A stretch of 64,000 nucleotides of DNA from positions 6,110-70,109 of the forward strand of contig CAYYRJ010000002.1 of assembly GCA_964474085.1 (NCBI GenBank). The letters run 5' to 3'. Below, piece by piece: positions 1 through 9,110 of the stretch (its first letter is position 1; every line of letters begins with the position of its first letter). The notes beneath the pieces were generated by a model. That model was not told the origin of the DNA, ran no database searches, and saw nothing but the letters and a program-made list of their open reading frames with translations. The position numbers and the translations under genes were made by a program. This DNA is from an uncultured Planctomycetales bacterium. GTDB taxonomy: Bacteria; Omnitrophota; Gorgyraeia; Zapsychrales; JANLHA01.

Positions 1-117
1 GATGTGCGCACACTCGTTGAACAACAACAAGGCACATTTTCTGTTTCAAGTCAAATAGGTCAGGGATCGTCTTTTTCATTTACCATTCCAGTTATCATAA
101 CCGGGTTTGAATACTAA
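1..117 (+). CDS. 3' end of a sensor histidine kinase (C-terminus of HATPase_c domain), partial, truncated by window start
   Basis: Frame-1 translation DVRTLVEQQQGTFSVSSQIGQGSSFSFTIPVIITGFEY* resembles the C-terminal G2-box region of histidine kinase ATPase domains; a receiver-domain gene follows 17 nt downstream. Confidence 0.45.
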   Translation, partial: DVRTLVEQQQGTFSVSSQIGQGSSFSFTIPVIITGFEY

Positions 118-134
118 AAAATAGGGAGAGCAGC

Positions 135-512
135 ATGAAAAAAGTCAAAATTTTAATCATCGACGAAAAAGACATGACAGATCTTTTAGAGCTTGAACTG
201 ACCGAAGAAGGTTACGAAATTATGACAATGACAGAAAATAAACCTACTCTTGAGAGTATAAAGCAATCCCATCCGGACTTGATATTTTTAGAACCGGCTT
301 GCGGGACAGAAACCAATGGCCTGGAAATAGTTCGCAGCTTAAAAGCCGACGCCCAAACAAAAAACATTCCCGTTGTCGTTATCAGCAGCAAAACCTTCGA
401 CGATGAAATACAGGAAGCTTTAGACATCGGAGTTATCGACTACATTACAAAGCCATTTTATACACCGCTTCTGCTTCGGCGTATTCAAAACTACGTTCAA
501 AAGCATAAGTAA
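135..512 (+). CDS. single-domain response regulator receiver (CheY-like) with atypical acceptor residue
   Basis: 125 aa; KILIIDE ... DLIFLE-PACGTETNGLEIV ... VVVISS ... YITKPF aligns to REC fold (conserved Ser/Thr and Lys present) but the phospho-acceptor position aligns to Glu (FLE) rather than Asp. Confidence 0.75.
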   Translation: MKKVKILIIDEKDMTDLLELELTEEGYEIMTMTENKPTLESIKQSHPDLIFLEPACGTETNGLEIVRSLKADAQTKNIPVVVISSKTFDDEIQEALDIGVIDYITKPFYTPLLLRRIQNYVQKHK

Positions 513-530
513 TCCTTTGGCCATGAGTCG

Positions 531-2201
531 ATGTCGATGAAATTTTTGCAATCTACTACAAAAAAACTGTCAAAATCCCTCGAGAATTTTCATTATCTTG
601 ATTGTGTCATTGCATTTATTTTCCTGGGGACAATCGTTACCATAATTCTAATTTTGACAAATTATGCGAATTGTTATCAGGAAGCTGAATCCGTTATAAC
701 GTTTACTCCTGCAACGCTCAAGCACGGAACAAAATTCACACTCCATGATTTTATTAATATTTTTAACGTTTGGGGTTTGGACAATGGCTGGAACCGCCCG
801 CGCTTTTTGTCTTACAGTGCTTATATCCTTGCTATCAAAAGCAGAATTCTTTTATGGAACTTCATGACCCCGCACCCGACGCTGTCGGTCACGTGGATCC
901 TCACGCTATTTTTAGCACCATGGATTTTTTATAAGTATCTTAAACTGATCTTAAAAGAAAAGACCGCGAGCTTGGCCGGGGTAGCGGTTTATATTTCTTC
1001 ATGCGGATATTTGTTCTCGGGAACGATGCTCATGCATCCGGGCAAACCGCTGCTTAATGTTGTTGTGATCGGCATTCTGTATCTTTTAGCCAAAAACCAT
1101 CCCCCGAAATCCAGCAATAAAATCAATCCCGCGTTTAACACAAGCATCATCTTAGGCATTATTCCTTTATTAACAGCGTCGCTTTTTCTTGATGAAATGG
1201 CCACGTTTTGTTTTGTTCTTCTTATCGTTTGGAGCATCCGCTTTTTTTTACCATATCGCTTCACATTTCAAAATATAAAAACCTGCATCCAAAACATTCT
1301 TATATACTGCCTTCCGGCGGTGATTTTGCTGTTGATGGTTCTTGTTGTCACGCCCTATGTCGCCCAACACGCTTTCGGCAAATCGTATGATTTCTTTGGA
1401 TGTATTTCAAAAAATGCGCATGTTTCACAGGTCAACGCGCAACTATTTTCATGGAATACGCTCACACTTTTTTCGGCCTGTTTGTTGCCGTGGCAAATGT
1501 TGCACTTGCGTGTTCCGGTTCCCGAGCCGACAACAGGCGTAAATTATGCGGGAATACAAATATTTTATACGCTTTGTCTGCTTTGCGTGTCCTATCTGTT
1601 TTGGAAAACCCGCGAATACCGCAGCCTCTTACTGAAAGTTATTTTGCTCATCGGACTTTTCATTCTTTTACAATCATTAAATATCAGTTTTCATATCCAA
1701 AAAATTGTGATCAGCGGTTACTATTACGGCGCACCGTTTTCAATCCTTTTTGCGGCCCTGATTGCCATCATCGTCGCTATCCTAAACAAGGAAATCCCGG
1801 GCGGCAAATGGCTCTCACGGATTCTTCTTAGCTATATCGTTATTATTCAATTCGTAAATTTTCTGATGATCAACATTTCCTGGAAAACACACTCTGATTG
1901 GAAAGCAACCGTCGGCGTGCCCAAAGAAAAACTTGATACGCCCCGTGGTCAAATCATCTACCTAATCAAAAAACAACTTAAAAATGAGCTTAAAAGCCAA
2001 TACAAAGTTTATTATCCCGGCAACATCACGCCGATTAATCCGACGCAAAAACTGCAAGCAACCGATGCTTTCTGGAAAGAATGGAAAAATGGTAAGTGTG
2101 ATCTGTTTTCTCAAAAACACGATCTGATGTTTGTCCAAACCATGTGGCTCTATGGCGAATTGTGCCCAGAACAATTTAGAGAGTTTTATGGCACCGACTA
2201 A
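531..2201 (+). CDS. polytopic integral membrane protein, possible GT-C-type glycosyltransferase
   Basis: 556 aa with >10 predicted hydrophobic helices and a C-terminal soluble domain; sits in a glycan-modification gene cluster with a GT2 polyprenyl-phosphate glycosyltransferase. Confidence 0.5.
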   Translation: MSMKFLQSTTKKLSKSLENFHYLDCVIAFIFLGTIVTIILILTNYANCYQEAESVITFTPATLKHGTKFTLHDFINIFNVWGLDNGWNRPRFLSYSAYILAIKSRILLWNFMTPHPTLSVTWILTLFLAPWIFYKYLKLILKEKTASLAGVAVYISSCGYLFSGTMLMHPGKPLLNVVVIGILYLLAKNHPPKSSNKINPAFNTSIILGIIPLLTASLFLDEMATFCFVLLIVWSIRFFLPYRFTFQNIKTCIQNILIYCLPAVILLLMVLVVTPYVAQHAFGKSYDFFGCISKNAHVSQVNAQLFSWNTLTLFSACLLPWQMLHLRVPVPEPTTGVNYAGIQIFYTLCLLCVSYLFWKTREYRSLLLKVILLIGLFILLQSLNISFHIQKIVISGYYYGAPFSILFAALIAIIVAILNKEIPGGKWLSRILLSYIVIIQFVNFLMINISWKTHSDWKATVGVPKEKLDTPRGQIIYLIKKQLKNELKSQYKVYYPGNITPINPTQKLQATDAFWKEWKNGKCDLFSQKHDLMFVQTMWLYGELCPEQFREFYGTD

Positions 2202-3693
2202 AATTGTTCTGATCAATCCTAATCTTGTCGTCCAATACGATGATCCTTTCACGACAGGCATCGTTTATATGCCCATCGGATTAGCTTACGTTGCCAGTGC
2301 TTTGCGCGAACAAAACTTTATGCCGGTCGTGATCGATGCTTTTGCCGAAAAACCAGCCCAAGGCTCTCGATGGAATAATTATTTGCTCTTAGGGCTTTCG
2401 GCAGACGAAATTGTCTCACGCATTCCCGCCGATGCACAAGCGATTTTTGTTTATGCGATTAACCTCAACAATCATCTTTCGACGTTAGAAATCGTGCGCG
2501 CTGCAAAGAAAAATTTTCCATCCGTTCCAATCATTATTTTAGAAAATACCCAGTCAGTGACCGGGTATAGTTTATCGAAAATCAGCCGTCAATTTTATGA
2601 AGCCGGCGCCGATTATATTTTGACCGGGCAAGCCGAAAGCCGCTGCGGCGAAATTCTTGCAGCACTCTGTGCGTCGGATTTCTCGACGTTAAAGAAAATT
2701 CCTGGACTGGGCGCCAAAGATTTTTATAACCCTGTGATTAGCGCCACCCATGACCTTGACGCTTTAAGTTTTCCGGCATGGGACTTATTTCCTTTAAAAA
2801 ATTATTGGCGTTTAGGCTTTGCCCACGGACCTCTGACTTCCAAAAAATATTTACCGCTTTTGACCTCGCGTGGCTGTCCGTATCCTTGCCGTTTTTGTGT
2901 CATCCCATCGACAAACAATCTCAAATGGCAAGCACGTTCGGCCAAAAATGTCGTCGATGAGATTGAACATTCCATACAAAAATATGGCGTCAATGAATTT
3001 CACGTGGAGGACTTAGACCCGACGGTCAACGATGAACGCACTCGCGAGATTTGCCGTGAAATTCTAAAACGACAGCTTAATATTACCTGGAAAATCGTCG
3101 CCGGAACAAAAGCCGAAACGATACGGGATGAAGAAACACTCGCCCTCATGGCCCAATCGGGATGTCGTTATATTTCAATCTCGCCGGAAACCGGATCAGC
3201 GCGCATCCTCAAGGCGATGAACAAGCCTTTTAACGTGGAGCACGCTATAAAATTAATAACCGTAATGAAAAAATTAAAAATTTTTTCGCAAGCATGCTTT
3301 GTTTTAGGCTATCCTAACGAGACTGACGAAGACAGAAACGCAACGCAAAAGCTCATCGAGCGCTTAACGCGTTTGGGCGTCGACGAAATCGCGTTGTTTA
3401 TGATCACACCAGTCCCGGGGTCAGCGATTTATAAAGAATTTTCTGGGTACAAAGACCTTTGGGAATTAACATTTACTCCGGCGTGGCGCGCGGATTTTCA
3501 AAATTTGCAGCGTTGGCGGTTAAAACTGTACCGAATTTTTTTGCTTGGGAAATTATGGTTTTTTCCGTTTCGTGTCATGCGACAAATCGTTAATTTTTTG
3601 ACACGCCACTTTGAAACGAAAATGGAAATGGTTCCATACCGCGCTTTGGTGTGGAGGAAAACGGGAATTTTTGCCCGGCCGTTTAAGAATTAA
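2188..3693 (+). CDS. B12-binding radical SAM enzyme
   Basis: N-terminal B12-binding-like segment (KIVLINPNLVVQYDDPFTTGIVYMPIGLAYVASAL) followed by CX3CX2C radical SAM motif SRGCPYPCRFCVIP; ORF tracker start 2131 overlaps upstream gene, ATG at 2188 (MAPTKIV) more plausible. Confidence 0.8.
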   Translation: MAPTKIVLINPNLVVQYDDPFTTGIVYMPIGLAYVASALREQNFMPVVIDAFAEKPAQGSRWNNYLLLGLSADEIVSRIPADAQAIFVYAINLNNHLSTLEIVRAAKKNFPSVPIIILENTQSVTGYSLSKISRQFYEAGADYILTGQAESRCGEILAALCASDFSTLKKIPGLGAKDFYNPVISATHDLDALSFPAWDLFPLKNYWRLGFAHGPLTSKKYLPLLTSRGCPYPCRFCVIPSTNNLKWQARSAKNVVDEIEHSIQKYGVNEFHVEDLDPTVNDERTREICREILKRQLNITWKIVAGTKAETIRDEETLALMAQSGCRYISISPETGSARILKAMNKPFNVEHAIKLITVMKKLKIFSQACFVLGYPNETDEDRNATQKLIERLTRLGVDEIALFMITPVPGSAIYKEFSGYKDLWELTFTPAWRADFQNLQRWRLKLYRIFLLGKLWFFPFRVMRQIVNFLTRHFETKMEMVPYRALVWRKTGIFARPFKN

Positions 3694-3835
3694 ATAATTA
3701 TAAAAAACCAAAGATAAAAATCTTTTGTCAATTCGGGGAATCTTTTTAGGCGAATTGCGCCATAGAGGCGCCAAACAATTGAGCCGAAAAAGATCTTCCC
3801 GAATTGACAAGAATAAGCATAAAAAAGAACGCCAA

Positions 3836-4735
3836 ATGTCAAATCTACAAAATTTTAAAATTTCCGTCGCCATTCCTTGTTATAACGAAGAAGAAAGCGT
3901 TGGGCAAGTCATCGATGACTTTCGCAAACACCTGCCGCAAGCCGAAATCTTCGTTTTTGACAATGCCTCGACCGACAAAACGCCGCAAATTGCCCAAGAG
4001 CATAAAGCGCACGTCATTTATGTTGGACGCAAAGGTAAAGGTAATGTCATGCGCGCAATTTTTGACCAACTCAGCTATTTTGATGCAGTTATTGTTGTCG
4101 ACGGTGATGGAACGTATAGGGCCATCGACGCACAGGCTCTTGTCGGCCCAATCTGTGAAAAGAAAGCGGATATGACCGTCGGCAACCGCTTAAAAAAATC
4201 GAATGAACATGCCCATTTTTACCTTAATCGCCTGGGAACCCATCTGATTGTTAAAATCATCAATGCGCTTTTTGGGACATCGTTTGTGGATGTGCTTTCC
4301 GGATACCGGGTTTTTAATTCACGTTTTCTTAAGACCGTGCCTTTGCTCACCGGCGGATTTGAAACCGAAACCGAACTGACGATTCAAGCGCTGGAAGAAG
4401 GGTTATCGATTACCGAAATCCCGGTCACCTATCAACCCCGTCCGCTTAATAGCCCGTCAAAACTGCGTCCGTTTCAGGACGGCTGGCGGATTATGCTGAC
4501 AATTGCCATGCTCTTGCGCGATCATTATCCTTTGCGTCTTTACGGCGCTTTAGCCTGCGGGTTTTGGATCAGTTCATTGACTGTTCTTTTACTGGACAAA
4601 ACATCGTCGCTATTTAGCGGATTTTTATTATTTTTGGGCGTTTTGCTTTTAGGCATCGGTTTTATTTTAAGCGCGATTAATACGCGGCTTCGCGAAGTCA
4701 AACAAATCATCTTAAGGAATTCAAAAATCACATGA
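3836..4735 (+). CDS. GT2 polyprenyl-phosphate glycosyltransferase (dolichol-P-mannose synthase / ArnC / GtrB-like)
   Basis: ISVAIPCYNEEESVGQVIDD ... DNASTDKT ... VVDGDGTY GT-A fold motifs plus two C-terminal TM helices typical of GtrB/ArnC; ORF tracker start 3725 gives a basic leader, ATG 3836 (MSNLQNFKISVAIPCYNEE) preferred. Confidence 0.8.
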   Translation: MSNLQNFKISVAIPCYNEEESVGQVIDDFRKHLPQAEIFVFDNASTDKTPQIAQEHKAHVIYVGRKGKGNVMRAIFDQLSYFDAVIVVDGDGTYRAIDAQALVGPICEKKADMTVGNRLKKSNEHAHFYLNRLGTHLIVKIINALFGTSFVDVLSGYRVFNSRFLKTVPLLTGGFETETELTIQALEEGLSITEIPVTYQPRPLNSPSKLRPFQDGWRIMLTIAMLLRDHYPLRLYGALACGFWISSLTVLLLDKTSSLFSGFLLFLGVLLLGIGFILSAINTRLREVKQIILRNSKIT

Positions 4736-5658
4736 GTGCCCCCAGCTATAAAGACCTTTTAGAACACATCGCCTGCAATCTTTGCGGGAGCGATGACTTT
4801 GAAATTATTTATCCGCCCCGTTATGACTTGGCCAAAGTTGAAAAACTTACCGACGTGTTTCGCTCATCCGGTGATGATATTCTTCTTGACCAGATGGTCC
4901 AATGCCGCTCTTGCGGACTGAAATATTTAAACCCGCGCCTTAAATCATCGGTCATTCTCGACGGCTACAGTGCAGGGGAGGACCCGCTTTTTGTTTCGCA
5001 AGCCTTGGCACGAGAAAAAACTTTTGCCCGTGCATGGCGGTCGATTATAGGAAAGAATCACAAGCCCGGACGATTGCTCGACGTAGGAACAGCCTCCGGC
5101 GCATTTTTAAAAGTGGCCAAAGACGCCGGCTGGCAGGTACAAGGCTGCGAGCCTAACCGCTGGTTAACGCAGTGGTGCCAAAAACAATACGGCATTTCTG
5201 TTTTTCCCGGAACCATTTTTGAAATGAAACTCCCCGACAATCACTTTGATGCCGTCAGCCTTTGGGATGTGCTTGAGCACACAACTGATCCTAAGGCCGT
5301 CTTATCCGAATGCCGCCGTGTTTTAAAAAAAGGGGGGCTTTTAATCGTCAATTATCCCGACGTGGGTTCAGCCGTTGCACGGGCCATGGGACGCAAATGG
5401 GTCTTTTTACTCTCGATACATCTGTATTACTTTACCCGCAAAACAATCAAAAAGCTGCTTGGCGACGTCGGGTTTGAAATTAAAACCTACCGTCCGCACT
5501 GGCAGTCGCTAGAACTTGGCTACATTAATATGCGCATGAAACCCTATTTGCCCTGGGTGGTGGAGTTTAGCGGAAAAATCATCGCCGGCTTAAACATGCA
5601 AAACCTTTCTGTTCCTTATTGGATGGGACAAACCTTAGTCGTCGCAAAAAAGATTTAA
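4732..5658 (+). CDS. class I SAM-dependent methyltransferase with N-terminal Cys4 zinc-ribbon
   Basis: CNLCGSDDF...CRSCGLKY zinc ribbon; LLDVGTASGAFLKVAKDAGWQVQGCEPN motif I; LLIVNYPD; ATGA overlap with upstream GT2 stop. Confidence 0.75.
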   Translation: MSAPSYKDLLEHIACNLCGSDDFEIIYPPRYDLAKVEKLTDVFRSSGDDILLDQMVQCRSCGLKYLNPRLKSSVILDGYSAGEDPLFVSQALAREKTFARAWRSIIGKNHKPGRLLDVGTASGAFLKVAKDAGWQVQGCEPNRWLTQWCQKQYGISVFPGTIFEMKLPDNHFDAVSLWDVLEHTTDPKAVLSECRRVLKKGGLLIVNYPDVGSAVARAMGRKWVFLLSIHLYYFTRKTIKKLLGDVGFEIKTYRPHWQSLELGYINMRMKPYLPWVVEFSGKIIAGLNMQNLSVPYWMGQTLVVAKKI

Positions 5659-5660
5659 TC

Positions 5661-7067
5661 ATGAAAGAAAAAGTCGTCATTTTAGGCGCTGGAATTGCCG
5701 GGTTATCCGTCGGGTATTTCCTAAGCCGCAGCGGGCGCTATGAAGTTGTTGTCTTAGAGCAGTCGCAGACCGTCGGAGGATTGTGCGCAAGCTTTCCCTA
5801 TAAAAACTTTACCCTTGATTTTGGCCCGCACAAAATCTATTCGGTGCTGCCGGGAATCCTCGACGATTTGGTTGCGTTGATGGGTGATCGTGCCCTGCGT
5901 GTTGAAAAGAAAAACAAAATTTTTATTAACGGCCATTACTTAGAGTATCCGCTGAAACTAACGAATCTTCTGAACGTTTTAGGTCCTAAACATTTCTTAA
6001 AAATCTTAACCACCTTTGCCTTCCAAAAAATCCATAATCTCGTCAGGAAGAAAAACGCCCAATCCTACGAAGATTTTATGATCCAAACTTTTGGGCAAGC
6101 GACGTATCAGCTGATCTTTGAGCCGCTCGCCGAAAAAGTATGGGGCGCGCCCCAAAGTCTGCACGCGGACATGGCGCGGATTCGCGTCTCATCGCTGAAC
6201 ACTTTTCACCTTATTCTGCGGCTTCTCAAACTTTTGCCCGAGAGCCAAGAGACAAGCGCGAAATATTTTTATTACCCTAAAAAAGGCTTTGGAGATTTTG
6301 CCGAAAAACTCAAAGAAGAAATTCAAGCGACCGGCGGCAAAATTTTGACGAACGCTTTTATTAAAGAATTTCATCATAAGGACAATCAAATTACGGGCAT
6401 AACCGTCGAGATAGGGAAGGGTTCCGCTCAATTTTCCTGCGACACGCTCATTTCCTCGATTGCTTTACCGCAACTTTTAAACTATGTTCTACCCGAAAAA
6501 CAGGATGCAGACGTTCTTTCAGCCCGCCATTTGCTTTTGGTGTATCTCTTTGTCAATAAACCTAAAGTTATAGATGAGCAATGGGTTTTCTTTCCAGAAC
6601 GCAAATTTATTTTTAGCCGCATTAGCGAACAAAAAAATATGTCGGAAGATATCGCGCCCGACGATAAGACAATTGTCTGCTGCGACTTTACTTGCGAAGC
6701 TGATAGCGAAATCTGGTCAACAAACGATGATCTTTTAATCACCCGCTGCGCCCAACAGCTCGCAGAGGCTAAAATAATGAACCTCGCAGATATTCAAAAA
6801 GACGCATGTTTTGTCATCCGCAAAAAGAATTTTTATCCACGCTATGACCTTCAGTATTTGGAAAAAATGGCGCACGTCACAAGCAAACTAAAGAAATTTA
6901 CGAATTTATTGACGACGGGCCGTTTGGGTATGTTTAATTACAATAATTCCGACCATTGTTTTGATATGGGAAAATTTATTGCCCAAGGTTTGTCGGACAA
7001 AAAAACCTGTCCGCAAATATGGGCAGAACTCGAAGAGCGCGTGCGAGAATATAAAATCGTTGATTAA
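5661..7067 (+). CDS. FAD/NAD(P)-binding oxidoreductase (amine oxidase / protoporphyrinogen oxidase-like fold)
   Basis: N-terminal dinucleotide-binding motif VVILGAGIAGLSVGYFLSRSG...VLEQSQTVGG; ATG 5661 preferred over tracker start 5619. Confidence 0.7.
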   Translation: MKEKVVILGAGIAGLSVGYFLSRSGRYEVVVLEQSQTVGGLCASFPYKNFTLDFGPHKIYSVLPGILDDLVALMGDRALRVEKKNKIFINGHYLEYPLKLTNLLNVLGPKHFLKILTTFAFQKIHNLVRKKNAQSYEDFMIQTFGQATYQLIFEPLAEKVWGAPQSLHADMARIRVSSLNTFHLILRLLKLLPESQETSAKYFYYPKKGFGDFAEKLKEEIQATGGKILTNAFIKEFHHKDNQITGITVEIGKGSAQFSCDTLISSIALPQLLNYVLPEKQDADVLSARHLLLVYLFVNKPKVIDEQWVFFPERKFIFSRISEQKNMSEDIAPDDKTIVCCDFTCEADSEIWSTNDDLLITRCAQQLAEAKIMNLADIQKDACFVIRKKNFYPRYDLQYLEKMAHVTSKLKKFTNLLTTGRLGMFNYNNSDHCFDMGKFIAQGLSDKKTCPQIWAELEERVREYKIVD

Positions 7068-7068
7068 A

Positions 7069-8790
7069 ATGCCTGCATTTATAAAAAAAACCAAAGCGTT
7101 ACTTTTTGGAATAATAATTTTAGTTAACGTCATCGTCTATTTCCCATCTTTTTTTGATAGCTGCCGGGGGCCGGATCATCAGATCTTTTTAGGGGAAATT
7201 GCCCACATTGAGTCCTTGCCAGAGTTAATCAGCGAATCGTATTCCTACAACCGCTCCCGCGAGCAAATGACAGGGGACAAAGTCCTTTTTCGCCCTTTGG
7301 TGTATCTTCTTTTAGCCTTTGATCGCTGGTTTTTTGGCTATGACTTTTTTTGGTGGCAGCTGGCAGCTTTTGTTTTGCACATTCTGGCGCAATGGGTCTT
7401 GTTTCGAATCCTCAATACTTTTGTTTCTCAGCGATGGTCGTTTGCTCTCGTTTTGTTGTGTTCTCTGTTGCTTTTGCAGCAAGAGCTCGTCGGACGGCAC
7501 CATATCAGCGGGTACCTTTTTTTCCAAATCTTTGGCATGATGGCCATTTATCAATTCTTTAAATACTGCAAAGATCCCGGGAACCAGGAAAAAGTCTTTT
7601 TAACGACCTTAGTGTGGTTGACGCTTTCGTTTTTTGGGTGTGAATGTGCTCTTATCCTCAATGCACTTTTTATTGGGCTTCTATGGATGCCATGGAAATC
7701 GGTATTTCGCCGTTTCCCCAACCGTCACAAAGTCCTGATTTTTTTGCCGATGGGTATCTACAGCGCTGTCAGCGGTGTAGATTTTCTTTTACGGACAAAA
7801 AATTTTTCTTACGCTCAAGAAGGCTTGACCGGCTCGGCACAGACGAACTCTTTTAGTATCGGTATTTTTTTATCCAACTTTTCCAACATCATCAAAATGA
7901 GTTTTGAAGGATTCTTTTTTCCGGCATTTACAAAAATAAAATTTGTTGGACATCAATATAATTATGAAGCTTTTGATTTTCGTCTTGATAGTATTCCACA
8001 GAAATTAAATGCGCTGTTGGCTGTTTTTTTTGCCGTGTTTTTTATTTTCTGTGTTTACTCGGTAATAAAGAACAGGCCTGCCATTAAATCTTTTTGGAAT
8101 AAAAGAAATTCTGTTTTAGGCCTGACAATGCTTCTTTTTTCGGTACTTTATGCGACCCTCTTGTGTCTGACGCGTTTGCAATTAAGTCCGGACTATCTGC
8201 GAACAGTCCCGCACCACTTTTACTTTATTTATTCTTTTGGTCTTATGGGTTTAACGATTCTAATTGCACCGTTTCTAATGTTTATCGACGGGCATCGACC
8301 AATCATAAAGAATGCTTTTTTGGTTCTGCTGATTTCTTTATCATGCTTGCAAGGATATTATTTGCACCGTTTAAACAATGACCTTAAAAATCTCTGGGAA
8401 CCACAACGGATCTTTTTAAAAGAAGTCGACCGCTTTGTCAAAAGTCATAAAAGCGAACCGGATTTTTCGTTCGGTCTTTTTAAAAGTGAACTGGTTTACA
8501 CGCATCTGATTTATGTCAACAATCAACCGCCAGTCCAAAAGAATTTAGTCGAGATGTTTTTTCCAAATTATTTCAAAACCAATAGCCCGCGATATTATCT
8601 GGTGTATACAAAAAAACAGGGACTCCAGACGTTTAAATCCCCCGCAGATGCCAATCGTTATGTCGATGAAATCACACAAAAAAACGGGAAATGGGATCAA
8701 GAGGTTTATATCGGTACGAGCAAAGTTGATTTTCAAAAGCTCTTTTTACTGCAAAAGTACTTGCCGTTATTTAAACAACAAAAAAAATAA
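7069..8790 (+). CDS. polytopic integral membrane protein (possible GT-C-like), hypothetical
   Basis: about 573 aa from MPAFIKK (ATG 7069 immediately after upstream TAA); many hydrophobic helices, Trp/Phe-rich; last gene of the glycan-modification cluster. Confidence 0.5.
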   Translation: MPAFIKKTKALLFGIIILVNVIVYFPSFFDSCRGPDHQIFLGEIAHIESLPELISESYSYNRSREQMTGDKVLFRPLVYLLLAFDRWFFGYDFFWWQLAAFVLHILAQWVLFRILNTFVSQRWSFALVLLCSLLLLQQELVGRHHISGYLFFQIFGMMAIYQFFKYCKDPGNQEKVFLTTLVWLTLSFFGCECALILNALFIGLLWMPWKSVFRRFPNRHKVLIFLPMGIYSAVSGVDFLLRTKNFSYAQEGLTGSAQTNSFSIGIFLSNFSNIIKMSFEGFFFPAFTKIKFVGHQYNYEAFDFRLDSIPQKLNALLAVFFAVFFIFCVYSVIKNRPAIKSFWNKRNSVLGLTMLLFSVLYATLLCLTRLQLSPDYLRTVPHHFYFIYSFGLMGLTILIAPFLMFIDGHRPIIKNAFLVLLISLSCLQGYYLHRLNNDLKNLWEPQRIFLKEVDRFVKSHKSEPDFSFGLFKSELVYTHLIYVNNQPPVQKNLVEMFFPNYFKTNSPRYYLVYTKKQGLQTFKSPADANRYVDEITQKNGKWDQEVYIGTSKVDFQKLFLLQKYLPLFKQQKK

Positions 8791-8797
8791 CAGCTAA

Positions 8798-8870
8798 CAA
8801 CAAAATTCGTGCTTTACATCCGACGCCAAGTTTGGTCAAATACGGGATTTTTAACGTGCTGGTGCCTTTG
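8798..8870 (+). promoter_or_regulatory. promoter module copy 1 (TTTACA-17nt-TCAAAT) upstream of giant gene 1; near-duplicate of module at 15097
   Basis: aacaaaattcgtgctttacatccgacgccaagtttggtcaaatacg... shares about 45 of 49 leading nt with 15097-15146; -35 TTTACA at 8813-8818, 17-nt spacer, -10-like TCAAAT 8836-8841. Confidence 0.4.
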
Positions 8871-9060
8871 AAAGCTAGACTAGAAATTTCTGTCGTCGAG
8901 GGACAGTAAAATTTCCTTGCTGAGAGTCAATTCATGTAGTATTCTTTAGCTGTGTCCTAACCCATCAAAAGTTCTTGATTCAACTTTCTCAACCCGTATA
9001 TTTTCGTTATTTTGTGAGTCCAAAACGATGTTTATTGGCTCGTGGTCAACTGTGTTTGTT

Positions 9061-9110
9061 GTCATCCTCGTTGTGTTTATTGTCATCCCCGCGAAAGCGG
9101 GGATCCATTT
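9061..9110 (+). repeat. GNRA-hairpin palindromic repeat units in 5' leader of giant gene 1
   Basis: tgtcatcctcg...TGTCATCCCCGCGAAAGCGGGGATCCA immediately before ATG 9111; same unit recurs at 9781 and 26784. Confidence 0.6.

Noticed and set aside
989-1831. Overlapping ORFs 989-1264 (-), 1208-1390, 1342-1542, 1400-1831 (+) inside the 531-2201 membrane protein gene
   Set aside because: All are embedded in alternative frames of a long, continuous hydrophobic ORF and give Arg/Cys-rich or otherwise atypical compositions. No independent start signals.
1400-1831. A second copy of the in-frame palindromic insertions in the glycan-cluster membrane genes
   Set aside because: Searched by eye for the 28-mer and the TGTCAT...ATGACA units elsewhere in coding regions. 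Found only at the sites reported (9061-9110, 9781-9849, 26742-26815, 57728-57899).
9042-9110. The tracker's N-terminal 23 codons of the giant gene 1 ORF (MVNCVCCHPRCVYCHPRESGDPF)
   Set aside because: This peptide is simply the translation of the GNRA-hairpin repeat units. The ATG at 9111 begins a canonical signal peptide. Treated as 5' leader, not coding.
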